Shown piece after piece: positions 44,014 to 54,551 of a stretch of 64,000 bases of DNA. Position 1 is the first letter of the stretch; the number at the start of each line of letters is the position of its first letter. This DNA is from an uncultured Bacillota bacterium (GTDB taxonomy: Bacteria; Sysuimicrobiota; Sysuimicrobiia; Sysuimicrobiales; Segetimicrobiaceae). The stretch lies in contig CAWDRG010000009.1 in the NCBI GenBank assembly GCA_963804645.1, positions 160,001-224,000 of the forward strand, given 5' to 3'. The notes below the pieces were generated by a model, which ran no database searches, was not told where the DNA came from, and saw only the letters and a list, made by a program, of their open reading frames with translations. A program made the translations under genes and the position numbers.

Positions 44014-44475
44014 GCATACGCCGCGCGGGAAATGACGGGCGCAATCGTGTGTCAGTCTCGCCGTCTCATCGAAGCGCTGGAAGGATGGCCGAGCAGCGAT
44101 CGTCCCGCGCCCCCTCGCGCTGTCGCGCGGGACGAGACGACGCAATTCCGGCCCGTCGTGGCGGTTCTGCTTCCTCTGATCACCGGAATGCTGAGCGGTC
44201 CGGCCGCGGACGTGCTCAGGAATCTAGCCGGGCGATCACCGCCGTGTGACCATCCAGTTCGAAACGACACACTCCTGCTCTCGGACACCGGCGGCACACA
44301 AGAATTACCGGCTGCTGGCAGAACGTACGCACTCGTTGTGAACTGACGCAGGCACGCCGTGCCCTCGCTGTATCCGTCTCCTGACGCTGCACGCGCGTAC
44401 ATGCGCCGGCGAGCCGCACTGCTCGATTCGGAGCGCGGCTCGCCGGGTCGTCCGTATTCTAGGGCTTGTCGCGGC

Positions 44476-44937
44476 TCAACCAAGCCCCGCAAGACGCTTG
44501 CGGTACTCGTCCTGATCGATCTCTCCCCTGGCGTACCGCTCACGCAGGATCTCGGCCCCGGGATCTTGACGGCGCCCCAATCGGTCCCAGAAACCCCGCG
44601 CGGTAAGGAGCCGCCAGATCAGCACGAGCAGTCCCACGACCAGCAGCAGGTGCAGCAGGATGAACACGCCGCGGACCAACATCCCGCCGCCGAAGCGACG
44701 CGATCCAAAGCGGTGGGATCCGGAGCCACGGGGTCCATAACCCGCGCCCGGTCCGAAACCGCCCCGCCTATAGAAGAAAGGCCCCCCGCCGCCCGGAGGC
44801 GCCCCCACTCCCGGACCCGAGGGCGCTCCAATGCCAGGACCGGGAGGAGGAGTGCCCACTCCCTGGGCCAGCACGGGCATTGCGAGACCCAAGACCAGGA
44901 TACCGATCAGGCATACGGTTCGTACCTGCGTTCCCAC
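44476..44937 (-). CDS. SHOCT-domain membrane protein
   Basis: Signal peptide, TM helix, EILRERYARGEIDQDEY. Confidence 0.85.
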   Translation of the reverse strand: MGTQVRTVCLIGILVLGLAMPVLAQGVGTPPPGPGIGAPSGPGVGAPPGGGGPFFYRRGGFGPGAGYGPRGSGSHRFGSRRFGGGMLVRGVFILLHLLLVVGLLVLIWRLLTARGFWDRLGRRQDPGAEILRERYARGEIDQDEYRKRLAGLG

Positions 44938-45180
44938 GAATTCACCCCCTCAGTACACTGCCGCGCATTTTGATCGACTCAAACCGATCGATCCCCCAAG
45001 TCCCGGGAACCCAACTTCAGCCTACGCGGGAGTTTCGAAGAAGTGATGAAGGTATGAATTTGCAAGAGCGGTTGAGGATCGCAGCCCGGCGGCGGTGCCG
45101 GCACCGGAGCACGGGCGGTGCTCCTTACCGGTCACAGCTCTCCTCATCGGGAACCGCCCAACACCGCTCCCGCTGGCCGA

Positions 45181-45567
45181 CTAGCGCCCGGGCCGCGGTG
45201 TCGCGCTCCGATGCGTCGATTGCTCTCGCCGTCCCTTGGGGACGTAATCGAAGAACCGCTCCGTGGTGCTCCCAGCCGTCCATTCGGCGCGGAGCCGGGT
45301 CTTTCTCACCACACGGCGACATTCGGAAAGAAGCGCCCGGTTGAGATCCCGCGCGCTCATACCGGCCATCTCGCATTCCACATGAAACCCGTCCGCTCGC
45401 CGAGCGAGATTCGCGGCTCCGACCAGCCGCACGAGAATCGGCCGCAGCGCGGCAGGGTCGTCGGTACTCACGTCAGCGACAAGTCGGAAGCGTGTGTGGG
45501 CCAACTGGCTCCCCTCCGCGCGGAGAAACGTTGCCGCCAGGTCTCGGTCGCGACACTCGACGTGCAT
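45181..45567 (-). CDS. Hypothetical protein (start uncertain)
   Basis: Protein-like segment SARDLNRALLSE.RRV..KTRLRAEWT..TTERFFDYV. Confidence 0.5.
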   Translation of the reverse strand: MHVECRDRDLAATFLRAEGSQLAHTRFRLVADVSTDDPAALRPILVRLVGAANLARRADGFHVECEMAGMSARDLNRALLSECRRVVRKTRLRAEWTAGSTTERFFDYVPKGRREQSTHRSATPRPGR

Positions 45568-45626
45568 GGCCGAGGTTGCCGGTGTCCTCGATGTCCCGCA
45601 TGCGGACGTCTTGCATCCCCGCCCCG

Positions 45627-46436
45627 TCAGTCGCGGATCGCTCTGAGGTACCGTTCCACCGACCGTTCCACCGCGCCGCGCCCGCCGGACCCAATCACGC
45701 GCCCCGCAAAGGCTCCGTAGACACGATCAAAGCGAAATCCCGCGACCGCGTTCGCGATCTGTCGGACCGCGGCGCCGTTCAGAGGAATCAAGTTGGGATA
45801 GCTGTACATGAAGCTCACGTGACGGCGATCGGGCACGACCTGCAACGTGTCGCCGGTCAGGAGCGCTCCGCGGCCGTCCGCGCCCTCCGGCCAATGCAGC
45901 ACCACGGCGCCGGTGAAATGTCCACCACACCGGACCAGCGTGACGCCACCGAGCAGCGGGCGGGTCTCCCCTTCCCAGAACACGATCGACGGGCTGGCGC
46001 GCATCACCCACGCCCTATCCGCGGCATGCACGTACACGGGAGCCCCGGCGAACACCCGGCTCCACTCGACCATCGACGAGTAATAGTGGGGGTGGGAGAT
46101 CGCGATCGCCGCGATGCCGCCGAGCGCACGCACCCCGCGCTCGGTCTCCTCGTCGATCAGGCTGACGCAGTCCCACAGCACGTTGCCGCTCGATGTCTGA
46201 ATGAGCAGGGCGCGCTGTCCGATCGCGAAGCTGGGCTCGGTCCTGATGCCGGTCAGCCGGGACTCTTCTTCGACCAACACGTTGCGCCGATCACGGCAGA
46301 GGTCGTCGATCGTCGTCCATGCCTGACCCCGCGGGTTCACGTATTGACGCGCTTCATCGCAGATGGGACACCGATCCGGCGGTCGTGCCGATTCCTCAAA
46401 CTGCGTGCCGCAGGTCACGCAAATGAACTGTGGCAT
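45627..46436 (-). CDS. MBL-fold metallo-hydrolase with N-terminal CxxC pairs
   Basis: ICVTCG, CPICDE, ISHPHYY, GGHF.G, LLTGD. Confidence 0.88.
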   Translation of the reverse strand: MPQFICVTCGTQFEESARPPDRCPICDEARQYVNPRGQAWTTIDDLCRDRRNVLVEEESRLTGIRTEPSFAIGQRALLIQTSSGNVLWDCVSLIDEETERGVRALGGIAAIAISHPHYYSSMVEWSRVFAGAPVYVHAADRAWVMRASPSIVFWEGETRPLLGGVTLVRCGGHFTGAVVLHWPEGADGRGALLTGDTLQVVPDRRHVSFMYSYPNLIPLNGAAVRQIANAVAGFRFDRVYGAFAGRVIGSGGRGAVERSVERYLRAIRD

Positions 46437-46889
46437 TCGAGCCTCCACGAGACGGACTCCCCGCATGCTGGTTCCGGGCGCGCGCTCCACAGCCCTGTTC
46501 GCTGCGAGCAGCGACCATGCATCGGGCGTGTGCATCCGAACACGAGTGCGCGGCGAACACCACACGCGAGATCGAGGATATTTACCGGTCTTGGTCGCTA
46601 TTCAGGTCGAATAGGGTATACGAGATGTTGGCTGTACCCTTACAGCCGCTCCCGGTGACCGGGGCGCGGGGCCGTCGCGACTCCCCCTTGCGGCGGTCCA
46701 CGCGCTCGGCGCCGGGCGCGTGCACACTATCAGCGCACAACCCCGCACCGGCCTTCCCGCAGGGTTCCGCCGCGGACGTTGATGCCTCGGTACGCGAGAG
46801 CCCGCGCGCGTGAGAGGGACCCGTCGCCGATAGCGTCGAACCCCCACACGCCGCATCGCCAATAACACGCACCCGGGAGCGCATGGAGC

Positions 46890-47888
46890 ATGAGCACGCA
46901 TCGCTTCGAGCCCGCACACTACTTCAACACCCTCGGATCGCACCCGCCGGTCCTACGAATCGACCACGGCGACACGGTCGTGACCACGACGCTCGACGCG
47001 CGCGGCCTTGACCGAAACGGCACGCCCGCGGGGCCGGCGGGCAATCCACAGACGGGCCCCTTCTATATAGAAGGCGCCGAACCAGGCGACACCTTGGAGG
47101 TGCACCTGGATCGCCTCACGCCGAACCGCCCGCTGGGATGGGCGAGCACCGTCATCGCTCCGAATGTGGTCGAGCCGGAGTTCGTGAGAGAACTGCCCGC
47201 GGCGGCGGCCACCGCGTGGCGGATCGACCTGGCGCAGCGCACCGTCACGCTGGCCGAGGCTGCGCCCCGCCACGGAGAGCCGCCCTCCCCGCTCGACGCG
47301 CTGCGTCACGACCGCCGCACGATCGGGCGCGACGACATGCCCGCCCTCGCAAGACTGTCGCTCCCGTACGCGCCGATGGTGGGCTGTTTCGGCGTCGCGC
47401 CCGCCCGCGGGCAGGCGATCTCGACCGCGACGTCCGGCAATCACGGGGGCAACATGGATTATCGTGGGTTCACCGAGGGCGCCACCGCGTTCTTCCCCGT
47501 GTTCGTCCCGGGCGCGCTGTTTCACCTCGGCGATTGTCACGCCGTGCAGGGCGACGGCGAGATCGTGGGCACCGGGGCCGAAACATCCTTCGACGTCCAG
47601 TTCACGGTGCGCGTCCACAAGGGCAAGGCCATCGCGTGGCCGCGAGGGGAGAACGGCACCTACATCTTCGCGCTCGGCAACGCGCGGCCGCTCGACGAAG
47701 CGCTGCAGCATGCGACGACCGAAATGATCAGGTGGCTCGGCACCGAGTACGGACTCGAGGCCCGGGCGGCGTGCACGCTGCTCGGGCAGTGCGTCGAATA
47801 CGAGATCGGGAACGTGTACAACCCCGCCTACACGGTCGTGTGCAAGGTCGCGAAGCGGATCCTGCGCGGCCTGCGGGACCAGGCGTGA
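46890..47888 (+). CDS. Acetamidase/formamidase-family protein
   Basis: TGPFYIEGAEPGD, HGGNMD, GDCHAVQGDGE..GTGAE. Confidence 0.9.
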   Translation: MSTHRFEPAHYFNTLGSHPPVLRIDHGDTVVTTTLDARGLDRNGTPAGPAGNPQTGPFYIEGAEPGDTLEVHLDRLTPNRPLGWASTVIAPNVVEPEFVRELPAAAATAWRIDLAQRTVTLAEAAPRHGEPPSPLDALRHDRRTIGRDDMPALARLSLPYAPMVGCFGVAPARGQAISTATSGNHGGNMDYRGFTEGATAFFPVFVPGALFHLGDCHAVQGDGEIVGTGAETSFDVQFTVRVHKGKAIAWPRGENGTYIFALGNARPLDEALQHATTEMIRWLGTEYGLEARAACTLLGQCVEYEIGNVYNPAYTVVCKVAKRILRGLRDQA

Positions 47889-48451
47889 ACGCGCTGAAAG
47901 ACCGGATCCTGCGCGATGGGCGCAATCTCGGGAACAGCATCCTCAGCGTCGACGGCTTCATCAACCACCAGATCGACCCCGCGTTGATGGACGCGTGCGG
48001 GCGTGCGCTGGCCGCCCGGTTTGCGCCCGCGCACGCGTCCCGGGTGCTGACCGCCGAGGTCTCGGGCATCGCGCCCGCCCTTGTCACCGCGCTCCACCTC
48101 GGCGTCCCGGCGGTCTACGCACGCCGAGAGCGACCCGTCACGATGGCGGACCCGGTGGTGACGGCCGTCGCCCCGTCCCACACAAAGCACCGCGGGACGG
48201 AGCTGATCGTCGCCCCCGCGTACCTGCCGCCGGGAGCACGCGTGCTGATCATCGACGACTTCCTCGCCACGGGGCAGACGATCTTGGGCCTGGCACGCCT
48301 GGCGGCCGCCGCGGGTGCCGCGCTCGTGGGCATCGGGGTGCTGATCGAAAAATCGTTCGAAGCAGGACGCGCGGCACTTGCCGGATTGGACGTGCCGATC
48401 GAAGCGCTGGTGACAATCACCGATATGACCGGCGGCCGGATCATCATCTAA
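47885..48451 (+). CDS. xpt: Xanthine phosphoribosyltransferase
   Basis: VDGFINHQIDP, TAEVSGIAPA, VLIIDDFLATG, IEKSFE; GTG overlaps upstream stop. Confidence 0.9.
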   Translation: MNALKDRILRDGRNLGNSILSVDGFINHQIDPALMDACGRALAARFAPAHASRVLTAEVSGIAPALVTALHLGVPAVYARRERPVTMADPVVTAVAPSHTKHRGTELIVAPAYLPPGARVLIIDDFLATGQTILGLARLAAAAGAALVGIGVLIEKSFEAGRAALAGLDVPIEALVTITDMTGGRIII

Positions 48452-48543
48452 CGCTGCCGCAAAGGAGCTTCACTCCACCTCGCCAGAAGGGCCCGCTCGC
48501 GACCGAGACGAAGGCGCCGACATCTCGTTGGGAGGTGCTGCCG

Positions 48544-48867
48544 GTGCTGTACGAACTGCGCATCTACCGCTGCATGCCTGGACGCAAAGCCGACGTCATG
48601 GCCCGATTCCGAGACCACACGATGAGGCTGTTCAAGAAGCACGGCATCGAGGTCACCGGATTCTGGGAAACCGCGGTCGGCGAGGTGGACGAGCTCGTCT
48701 ACATCTGCCGGTTCGCATCGTGGGACGCCCGGGAAGCCGCGTGGGCGGCGTTCGGCGCCGATCCCGCGTGGCAGAAGGCGCGCGAGGACTCGCACAAGAC
48801 CGGGATGATCGTGGAACACATCCGGACAGCGCTGCTCAAGGCGACCGACTTCTCGCCCGCCGTGTAG
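48544..48867 (+). CDS. NIPSNAP-family protein
   Basis: YELRIY...PG, LFKKHGI...GFW, AW.AF.ADP.W, LKATDFSP. Confidence 0.88.
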   Translation: MLYELRIYRCMPGRKADVMARFRDHTMRLFKKHGIEVTGFWETAVGEVDELVYICRFASWDAREAAWAAFGADPAWQKAREDSHKTGMIVEHIRTALLKATDFSPAV

Positions 48868-48924
48868 GTCGACCGGCCGGTCCCGGTCGTGACTTTCGGC
48901 CGGGGATCGGCTACCCTTAAGCAC

Positions 48925-49884
48925 GTGGACCTCAGAGAGACGCTCCAAGCAGAGATCCGCGAGACGACCCGCGGCGAGCCGGTGGTGGTGGCGTTCAGCG
49001 GCGGGCTCGACAGCACGGTCACGGCCGCGCTGGCGCGGGACGCCCTCGGGCCGGAGCACGTACGGCTGGTCACCGTGAACATGGGCCAGTACGCGTACAC
49101 GCGGGGCAACGAGATCGTCCTGGAAATGGCCGAGCGGCTCGGCCTGCAGCAGCGGTGCCTGCTCGGACAGTTCAAGCAGCATCGCGTCCAGGCGGCCGGA
49201 CCCGCGTGTAACCGCTGCACTCGGGAGATCAAGCTCGGGATGGTCAAGGCCGTGTCGGGAGGGCACCTAGTCCTGACCGGCGCCAACCGCAGCGACACCT
49301 GGGGGAAGCTCGGGCTCAAGGTCTGCAACGGCTACTACGCGCCGCTGCTCGAACTCGAGAAACCGGAGATTCTCGGGCTGGCCGACGCGATGGACGTACG
49401 GCCTCCGCGGATCGGGGAAAACCCGGGCCGCGAGGGATGCAAGTTGAAGCATCTCCTCAAGCCGCTGGCCGTGCCCGATTATCACGGGCGCGCCGTGGCG
49501 CGCGCCAACGAGGTGGTCCTCAACGTGATCCGCCAGGCCGGGGTCGTACCCGAGCTCGCGAACGTCAAGATCATCGGTCCGCTGGGGCGCAACATCGGGC
49601 TGGTGAACGTCCGGCCGCGCCTGGCCGGCGAGGTGCGAGACCGGCTGCGCGACGCGCTCTTGGCGATCCCCGAGCTCGACGAGGTCCACTTCGTCGACGG
49701 ACCGCTCGTGCTCACCGCGAAAGCAAGCCCGGCGATTTTCAACGACCCGCACGCACGCTACTGGCTGGAGCACGGCCGGATGGCGCCGGATTTCGCGGCG
49801 CCGATCACGGTGGACTGGCAGCCCACCACGAACAACCGCCTCGGCACATTCCAGATCGTCGGGTTCCGCACCGCGTCCGCCTAA
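48925..49884 (+). CDS. PP-loop ATPase (LarE/QueC-like adenine nucleotide alpha hydrolase), function unknown
   Basis: AFSGGLDS, CNRC...K, TGANRSD, GCKLKH. Confidence 0.75.
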   Translation: MDLRETLQAEIRETTRGEPVVVAFSGGLDSTVTAALARDALGPEHVRLVTVNMGQYAYTRGNEIVLEMAERLGLQQRCLLGQFKQHRVQAAGPACNRCTREIKLGMVKAVSGGHLVLTGANRSDTWGKLGLKVCNGYYAPLLELEKPEILGLADAMDVRPPRIGENPGREGCKLKHLLKPLAVPDYHGRAVARANEVVLNVIRQAGVVPELANVKIIGPLGRNIGLVNVRPRLAGEVRDRLRDALLAIPELDEVHFVDGPLVLTAKASPAIFNDPHARYWLEHGRMAPDFAAPITVDWQPTTNNRLGTFQIVGFRTASA

Positions 49885-49964
49885 CGGCACATGACGCGCC
49901 GCACGATCCGCCGGCCCCGCATCGGCTCGCGCCGTCCCGACGGCGTCGCGGCGTGAGGACGGGA

Positions 49965-51167
49965 ATGGTCCCCGCGCTCGATGCGATCGCCGCCGGCGTC
50001 AAAACGGAGGCGCGGGACGCGGGGTTCGACCTGTGCGGTATCACCACGGCGGAACCGTTCGTGCGCGAAGGGACCGCCCTCGCGAGTTGGGTCGACGCCG
50101 GCTACCACGGCGGCATGGCGTACATGGCACGAAACGCAACGCGGTCCCCGGATCCGCGCACGGTCGAACCGGGTGCGCAGGCGCTCATCGTCGTCGGCCT
50201 GTACTACGGCGAGGCGGCGCCGCTGGGACGCCACGACCCTTCTCGGGAGACCGCGGGCGAACACGCGGAACACGACGCGGCCGACGGCCCCGACCGCGGG
50301 CCACGCGGACAGATCAGCCGGTATGCCTGGGGTGATGATTACCACGACGTGATGGCGCCGCGGCTCAAGCGCCTCGCTCGGTACCTCATCGATCACGGGG
50401 CGCAGGTCGCCCGCTACTACGTGGACACGGGTCCGACCATCGACCGCGCCGCCGCCCGACGAGCCGGGCTCGGATGGTACGGTAAGAACACGCTGATCAT
50501 TACACGCCGCGGCCACGGGTCGTGGGTGTTTCTCGGCGAGATCCTCACCGATCTCGCGCTGCCCCCCGACGCGCCGGCGGAGGGAGACTGCGGCCGGTGC
50601 CACCTGTGCCTCGATGCCTGTCCCACCGCGGCGATCGTGGCGCCGTATACGGTGGACGCCCGCCGGTGCATCTCGTACCTCACGATCGAACACCGGGGCG
50701 CGATTCCGGTGGAGATGCGTTCCCTGATCGGCGACCGCATCTTCGGATGCGATATCTGCCAGGCCGTCTGTCCGCACAACGCCAAGACCCTCGCCCGGGC
50801 CCACCCCGAGTTCGCGCCGCGGCCCGGCACCGGCGCACGCCCGGAACTGATTCCGCTACTTAACATCGGAGAGGCCGAGTTCCGACGGCGGTTCAAGGGC
50901 TCGGCAGTCACACGGACAAAGCGGCGCGGTCTCCGCCGGAACGTCGCGGTGGCCCTCGGCAATCTGCGCGACCCAGCGGCCGTGCCGGCGCTCGCCGAGG
51001 CGTTGGGAGACGAGGACGACCCGGTCGTACGGGCGCACGCCGCGTGGGCGCTCGGGCAGATCGCGGACACCCCGGCCCTCAACGCGCTCCGCGCGAGGCT
51101 CTCGCGGGAGCACGATCCGGAGGTGCGCGGCGAGATCACCGGGGCCCTCGCCGCCGCGGCTCCGTGA
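49965..51167 (+). CDS. queG: Epoxyqueuosine reductase
   Basis: SRYAWGDDYH, VDTGP, GWYGKN, CGRCHLCLDACPT, CISYLTIE, FGCDICQAVCP, HEAT-repeat tail. Confidence 0.95.
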   Translation: MVPALDAIAAGVKTEARDAGFDLCGITTAEPFVREGTALASWVDAGYHGGMAYMARNATRSPDPRTVEPGAQALIVVGLYYGEAAPLGRHDPSRETAGEHAEHDAADGPDRGPRGQISRYAWGDDYHDVMAPRLKRLARYLIDHGAQVARYYVDTGPTIDRAAARRAGLGWYGKNTLIITRRGHGSWVFLGEILTDLALPPDAPAEGDCGRCHLCLDACPTAAIVAPYTVDARRCISYLTIEHRGAIPVEMRSLIGDRIFGCDICQAVCPHNAKTLARAHPEFAPRPGTGARPELIPLLNIGEAEFRRRFKGSAVTRTKRRGLRRNVAVALGNLRDPAAVPALAEALGDEDDPVVRAHAAWALGQIADTPALNALRARLSREHDPEVRGEITGALAAAAP

Positions 51168-51838
51168 GCCTGCGGGACCGCCAGATTCTGATCACATCGG
51201 GCCCGACGCGGGCGCCGCTCGATGCCGTCCGCTACCTGACAAACAAATCCACCGGCCGACTCGGGTCGCTGATCGCGGAGGGCGCGCTCGATGCGGGCGC
51301 CGACGTCACGTTCGTGTACGGCCGAGGCAGCGCCCTCCCGGCGGTTCGCGGAGGCGCAGCCGACCATCTCCGGCTCTTGCCGATCGATACCGTGGAGGAC
51401 CTCGTCGCGGTGTTCGATCACGAGCTCCCGCGGGGAGTGGATGCGGTCATTCACGCGATGGCAGTCCTCGACTTCGAGCCCGCGCAGGTCAGCGAGGAAA
51501 AAGTGACCAGCACGCTCCACGAGTGGGTGATCCGCCTGGTGCCGACCCCCAAGGCCGCCGCGCGCGTCCGGGACCTGGCGCCTCGGACGTTGTTCATCGG
51601 GTTCAAACTCGAGGTCGGGAAGGACAAGACGGCACTGGTAGAAATCGCGCGCGACTGGGCGCAACGCAACCGCGCCGATCTGGTGGTCGCAAACGACATG
51701 CGCGACATTGAGCGCGGCATCCATATCGGCTATCTCGTCACGCCTGAGGGCTCAATCGAGACAATGGCGGAGGGCAAAGAAGCCATCGCCCGCGCGCTGG
51801 TTGACCTGCTGAACCGGCGTCTCGGCGGCCGACCTTAG
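51164..51838 (+). CDS. coaB: Stand-alone phosphopantothenate--cysteine ligase
   Basis: ITSGPT..PLDAVRYLTNKSTG.LG, HAMAVLDF, PTPK, GFKLE, VVAND; no CoaC domain. Confidence 0.88.
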   Translation: MSLRDRQILITSGPTRAPLDAVRYLTNKSTGRLGSLIAEGALDAGADVTFVYGRGSALPAVRGGAADHLRLLPIDTVEDLVAVFDHELPRGVDAVIHAMAVLDFEPAQVSEEKVTSTLHEWVIRLVPTPKAAARVRDLAPRTLFIGFKLEVGKDKTALVEIARDWAQRNRADLVVANDMRDIERGIHIGYLVTPEGSIETMAEGKEAIARALVDLLNRRLGGRP

Positions 51839-51907
51839 CGATGTGATCAACGGCGTTGCACGACGGTCGATAGGACGACGCGCGGGCCTCGGTCGAAGAG
51901 TTGAAGC

Positions 51908-52099
51908 GTTGACAGCAGCTGTTGATTTAGTGGACAAATGGCCCCAAACGGGTATTGAGTGTGCCATACCTTTGGCATGAAACTCACGGCTTGGCCCCGC
52001 CGCTCGCTTCGCGAGGTTGACTGCAGCTGTTGACTGAGTGGACACATGGCGTCAAACGAGTGTGCTATACCTTTGGCATGATGTTCACGGCTTGGCCCC
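51908..52099 (+). repeat. Imperfect ~85-90 bp direct repeat (51908-51998, 52016-52099)
   Basis: GTTGAC.GCAGCTGTTGA.T.AGTGGACA.ATGGC..CAAAC...GAGTGTGC.ATACCTTTGGCATGA...TCACGGCTTGGCCCC twice. Confidence 0.9.
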
Positions 52100-52362
52100 G
52101 GCGCGCCGGGATCCACTTCCAGACCGCCCGGCCATGGTTTCATCAGCGCGTGCGCGCGGTGCCGGCGCGGCAACGGTCGACCGGGACCCTCCTGATCGAT
52201 GGGCCGCTGGCGCCGAACGGAACCACGGCGGCGCTGTCCGCGCGTATCGCCTCTTGGGAGCCGCACGTGGATCTCGACCGCCACGTGACCGCCACCAAAA
52301 CGGCCCCGCCGCACCGGTCACGGCGGCGGCGCCGGACTCCGCCGGGCGGCATCCGACGCTGA
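52078..52362 (+). pseudogene. IS607-family serine recombinase TnpA remnant
   Basis: MerR-like AW.RRAGIHFQTA..WF...VPARQ..TGTLLI; YARVSS degraded to SARIAS; DLDRHV; rest deleted. Confidence 0.75.
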
Positions 52363-53092
52363 TGCAGCGCACCTTCGCGACCCGGCTCCCGCCGGATGCG
52401 GCGCGGGATTCCGTGCTGGCAGCGTACGCCGCGCTCTACGGGCGCGCGGAACGGACGCTCTTTGCCCGGTTGCGCGCCGGGAGGGCGCTCGCCGCGACCA
52501 AGCGCGAGTTTCTCGTGCGCTTCGGCCTCACGGCCCGCCAGTTCAACGCCCTCGCGGCGTCTCTGCGCGGCAACATCCAGTCGATTCAAGCACGGCGGCC
52601 GGGGCTCATCAACACGCTGGAGCGCCGGATCGACCGGGCGCGGCGCGTGCTGGCGACGGTGCCCCAGGGCACCCGCACGTATCACCAGAAACAGCGGCGT
52701 CTTGGGGCCCTCCAGCGGCGCCTCACCGTGCTGCAGACCGAGGCGGCCGTGGGGAGCGTGCGCCTCTGCTTTGGTTCCCGGACGTTGTTCCGCCGGCAGT
52801 TCGCGCTGGCGGCGAATGGCTACGCGTCACACGATGCCTGGCGCCGCGAGTGGCGCGCCGCCCGCGCCAGCCAGTTTTTCGTGCTCGGCTCGAAGGATGA
52901 GACGGCCGGCTGCCAGGGGTGCGTCGCTACGGTCGAGCCGGACGGCACGATCGTGCTCCGGCTGCGCCTGCCGAATGCGTGCGCCAGCCGCGGCAAGCAC
53001 CTGGTGCTCGCCGGGCTGCGCTTCCGGTACGGGCACCAGGCGGTCGTCGCCGCGCTCGGGCGCAACCTGTCCCCCGACACGCATCATTGGGA

Positions 53093-54551
53093 GGCTCTTC
53101 GGGAAGTTGTGTGGGTGAAATAGCGTAGACCAGTAGAAACCAACGCCTGCCGACCAGCTCAAAGCCAGACACCTACCCCCGCCGGCCGTCAAGAACATGG
53201 CCTTCGGCGCGCTGCGCGCTTCTTGACCGCCGTCGGGGGCGGGTGCACCCCTGCCACTATGGTCGGCAGGCGCAATCTGACCCGCGGGGCGGGAACGCTT
53301 CGTGAGGAGGCTGGTCTGGTGCGCGATGTCGAGTTATACGCTACGATCCTGGGGCTCACGCCACCGTGGAAGGTGGTCGGGGTGGAGGTGGATATCCCCG
53401 GCGAGCAAGTGACGGTGAAAGTCGAGGCGGGCCCGGGCCCGTTTCCGTGTCCGGAATGTCAGACGCCGTCGCCGGGCTATGATCGCCGTCCGCGGCGGTG
53501 GCGGCATCTGGACACGCTCCAGCTGCGCACGTGGATTGAAGCCGATGTCCCGCGGGTGCAGTGCGCTCAGCACGGGATCAAGCAGATCACCATCCCGTGG
53601 GCCGAGCCGGGCAGCCAGTTCACGCAGTTGTTTGAGCGGTTGGCGATCGACTTTCTGCGGGAATGCTCGGTCACCGGCGCGGCGGCCCTACTCCGGATCA
53701 CCTGGGATGAAGCGTGGGGGATTAAGAGCCGGGCGGTGAAGCGCGGGCTGGCGCGCCGGACAGCGGAACCGATCCCGTACGTCGGCGTGGACGAGAAGGC
53801 AATCACCAAAGGCCACCGGTACTTGACCGTGGTGGCGGACCTGCAACGCCACCGGGTGCTGTTCGTCAACGAGGATCGCAAAGCGGAAAGCCTCGACGCC
53901 TTCTGGCCCACCTGCACGCCGGCCCAGCGCGAGAGCATCGCCGCCGTCGCGATGGACATGTGGGAGCCTACATACACTCGGTCACCAGTCACGTGCCCGA
54001 CGGGGTGGACAAGATTGTGTTTGATAAGTTCCATGTCGTGAAGCATCTCCACACGGCCGTGGACAAGGTGCGGCGGACCGAACACCGGGAGTTGTCCCGC
54101 TCCTCCGATCGTCGGTTGACGGGGACGAAATACCTTTGGCTACGCCGGCCGAGCGAGCTCAAGCCCGAACAGCGGCGCACCTTCCGGCTCTTGCTCGGCG
54201 ATGACCTGAAAGTGGGACGCGCCTGGGCACTCAAGGAGCGCTTCCGACATTTCTGGGAGTACAGTTACCGCCGGTCCGCGGAGACGTTCTTCGCGCGCTG
54301 GTTCTGGCGCGCCACGCACAGCCGGCTCAAGCCTATGGCGCAGGTCGCGTGGCTGATCCGCAGGCACCTACCGAACGTGCTGACCTACCATCGCCACCGC
54401 ATCACGAATGCCGGGCTCGAGGCTGTCAACGCCACGATCCAGTGGGTCAGGAAGACCGCACGCGGCTTCCGGAACGTCGACAATTTCAAGACGGCCATCT
54501 ACTTTCACTGCGGAGGGCTGGACCTGTACCCACTCGAAAGCCGGTAGAGGC
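53093..54551 (+). mobile_element. ISL3-family element
   Basis: Left end GGCTCTTC, right end GTAGAGGC; 8-bp target duplication CATTGGGA (53085-53092, 54552-54559). Confidence 0.92.
53319..54547 (+). CDS. ISL3 transposase (frameshift near 53968)
   Basis: CPEC Zn finger, RRWRHLD, GVDE, AMDMW, FDKFHVV, TNAGLEAVN, ARGFRN. Confidence 0.92.

Noticed and set aside
48925..49884. queC
   Set aside because: Lacks QueC motifs (VP.RN, YPDC, CGxCxxC).
51908..52099. CRISPR mini-array next to the Cas12-like gene
   Set aside because: Only two ~90-bp imperfect units with a 17-bp gap, and each runs into tnpA start codons; better explained as a duplicated IS left end.
51891..52360. Group I intron (IStron) at the element 5' end
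   Set aside because: Too short, and no recognisable intron core motifs.
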